Origin: Candidatus Kerfeldbacteria bacterium
GTDB lineage: Bacteria; Patescibacteriota; Patescibacteriia; SBBC01; CAIJZX01
Length of the DNA: 64,000 nucleotides
Direction: 5' to 3'
Assembly: GCA_903825245.1 (NCBI GenBank)
Contig: CAIJZX010000014.1
Location: 1,655-65,654, forward strand
This document shows, in pieces, positions 62,296-64,000 of the stretch (within the stretch, counting starts at the first letter, position 1; every line of letters begins with the position of its first letter). The translations under genes were made by a program, and so were the position numbers. The notes beneath the pieces were generated by a model. The model saw only the letters and a program-made list of their open reading frames with translations, was not told the DNA's origin and searched no databases.

Positions 62296-64000
62296 ATGCC
62301 CAGCACCACGTTTCAACTTGTTTCGCCATTCTCACCCACCGGTGACCAGCCCCAAGCTATTGAACAATTGCTCTCCGGCATCGCCAAAAAACAGGAGGCG
62401 CAAACCATTTTAGGTGTCACCGGTTCGGGAAAAACGTTTACCATGGCTAACGTCATCGCGAAGTTGAATCGGCCAACGCTGATCATTTCACATAATAAAA
62501 CGTTGGCGGCGCAATTGGCTAGCGAGTTTAAAGACTTCTTCCCGCATAACGCCGTGAATTACTTTGTTTCGTATTACGATTACTACCAGCCAGAGGCCTA
62601 CATGCCACAAAAAGATCTGTATATTGAAAAAGAGTCACAAATCAACGAAGAAATTGATCGCTTACGCAATGCCGCTACACGCGACCTACTCACTCGCCGC
62701 GATGTCATTATTGTCGCTTCAGTTTCGTGCATCTACGGATTAGGAAACCCGACCACCTACCAACAAGCTGCCATCGCTCTGCAACACGGCCAAAAAATTT
62801 CCCGAACAGCGCTCTTACGCCAACTGAATCTCGCCTTGTACCAACGGAATGATTACGACTTCGTACGCGGCACCTATCGCGTTCGCGGTGATAACATCGA
62901 TGTGTCCCCAGCGTACACACAGGATATTTTACGCATTGAACTGGATGATGACGTCATCAGCGGACTTTCCACGGTAGACCCGCTGACCGGACGAGTAACA
63001 GAAAAAATGGATCAGGCCACGGTATTCCCTGGCCGACAGTTTGTTACCCAACAAGATCAGCTACCACAAATAGCCGAAGCGATCCGTGCGGAACTTAAAA
63101 CGCGTGTGGCCGAATTTGAAAAACTTCACAAACCGCTCGAAGCCGAACGAATCGCCCAGCGAACGAATTTCGACTTGGAAATGCTCCTCGCCACTGGTGT
63201 CACCAGTGGTATTGAAAATTACTCACGTTTCTTTGATTTTCGACAGGCCGGTCAGCCGCCGTCAACGCTCCTCGATTACTTCCCGAAGGATTTCTTGCTC
63301 TTCATTGATGAGTCGCATATGACCCTACCGCAGCTGCGGGCGATGTACGAAGGTGACAAGGCTCGAAAAACAACATTAGTAGATTACGGGTTTCGTTTGC
63401 CATCAGCCATGGACAACCGACCACTGAAATTTGAAGAATTTCTCGGTCGTATTAGTCAACGTATTTTTGTGTCCGCTACGCCGTCCGTATACGAAATTGA
63501 ACATTCGCAGCAAGTTGTCGAACAACTCATTCGTCCCACCGGCCTCCTTGATCCACAAATTGACGTCCGACCGACCAAACATCAAATCGACGACGTCCTG
63601 AAGGAAATTCAATCCGTCACCGGCCGCGGACAGCGTGTGCTCATCACCACGCTGACCAAGCGTATGTCCGAAGATCTAACCGAGTACTTACAGGAGCTGA
63701 AAATAAAGGTCCAGTATTTGCATTCCGACGTCGAAACGTTTGAACGTCTAGAAATACTCCGCGATTTGCGCCTTGGTGTCTACGATGTTCTTATTGGTAT
63801 CAATTTACTCCGTGAAGGATTAGATTTGCCAGAGGTTTCGTTAGTGATTATACTCGACGCTGATAAAGAAGGATTCTTACGTTCAGAAACAGCTTTAATG
63901 CAAACCATGGGGCGCGCCGCGCGTCACGTTGAAGGACGGGTCGTTATGTATGCCGACCGTATGACTGGTTCCATGCAACGCGCCATTGATGAAACCATTC
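62296..64000 (+). CDS. uvrB: Excinuclease ABC subunit B (N-terminal ~568 aa; continues beyond the window end)
   Basis: [17 protein letters not shown] (Walker A), DESHMTLPQ (DExH) and helicase motifs through ...[17 protein letters not shown]. No stop codon falls inside the window. Confidence 0.92.
   Translation, partial: MPSTTFQLVSPFSPTGDQPQAIEQLLSGIAKKQEAQTILGVTGSGKTFTMANVIAKLNRPTLIISHNKTLAAQLASEFKDFFPHNAVNYFVSYYDYYQPEAYMPQKDLYIEKESQINEEIDRLRNAATRDLLTRRDVIIVASVSCIYGLGNPTTYQQAAIALQHGQKISRTALLRQLNLALYQRNDYDFVRGTYRVRGDNIDVSPAYTQDILRIELDDDVISGLSTVDPLTGRVTEKMDQATVFPGRQFVTQQDQLPQIAEAIRAELKTRVAEFEKLHKPLEAERIAQRTNFDLEMLLATGVTSGIENYSRFFDFRQAGQPPSTLLDYFPKDFLLFIDESHMTLPQLRAMYEGDKARKTTLVDYGFRLPSAMDNRPLKFEEFLGRISQRIFVSATPSVYEIEHSQQVVEQLIRPTGLLDPQIDVRPTKHQIDDVLKEIQSVTGRGQRVLITTLTKRMSEDLTEYLQELKIKVQYLHSDVETFERLEILRDLRLGVYDVLIGINLLREGLDLPEVSLVIILDADKEGFLRSETALMQTMGRAARHVEGRVVMYADRMTGSMQRAIDETI

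Noticed and set aside
1-64000. CRISPR arrays, rRNA genes, tmRNA, RNase P RNA, SRP RNA
   Set aside because: No short direct repeats with regularly sized spacers were seen. T-loop-like GGTTCGAnTCC motifs were found only in the two annotated tRNAs, plus one chance match inside the rpoC coding sequence at ~45709. No GGAAAGTCCGG (RNase P P4) or SRP domain-IV motif was found in the intergenic regions.

Overview
This 64-kb window comes from a ~50 % GC bacterial chromosome whose housekeeping genes almost never have Shine-Dalgarno (SD) sites. Many of them sit directly behind TTGAC-N17-TA(T/G)ACT-type promoters, so their mRNAs are leaderless or nearly so. The gene content (murI, FemAB-type aminoacyltransferase, lgt, a minimal CCA-like nucleotidyltransferase, no outer-membrane or LPS genes) points to a reduced lineage with a Gram-positive-type envelope, possibly Patescibacteria/Saccharibacteria; this is an inference, not a demonstrated assignment. 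Core genes that are well supported are uvrA (partial, - strand, running off the left edge), a TruD-family pseudouridine synthase, uvrC, secG, an OppA-like family-5 solute-binding protein, RNase J, trpS, murI, a phosphohexomutase, lgt, glyA, folD, an IMPase, ychF, rpsF-ssb-rpsR-efp, recA, a RodZ-like gene, ftsK, rpoC, rpoB, def, a NUDIX hydrolase, a Mur ligase, ruvA and uvrB (partial, right edge). Two tRNAs are present: Leu-CAG on the + strand and Arg-CCG on the - strand.

The accessory content is what deserves attention:
- A ~4.9-kb, GC-rich, SD-bearing array of at least 11 small + strand genes at 32.8-37.75 kb, with one consensus promoter at the front, one strong terminator at the end, and two families of repeated inter-ORF leader elements arranged like cassettes. 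This is the best candidate in the window for a novel system.
- A GC-rich single-gene islet at 3.35-3.99 kb.
- A self-contained small foreign module at 9.69-10.09 kb.
- A GIY-YIG gene bracketed by a partial duplicate of the tRNA-Leu 5' end.
- A dispersed GA-rich palindrome family, one copy of which is inserted in-frame inside uvrC.
- A 33-bp perfect palindrome and a long structured leader in front of rpsF.
- A giant secreted S8 protease and other surface proteins.

No CRISPR array, rRNA, integrase or transposase was seen.
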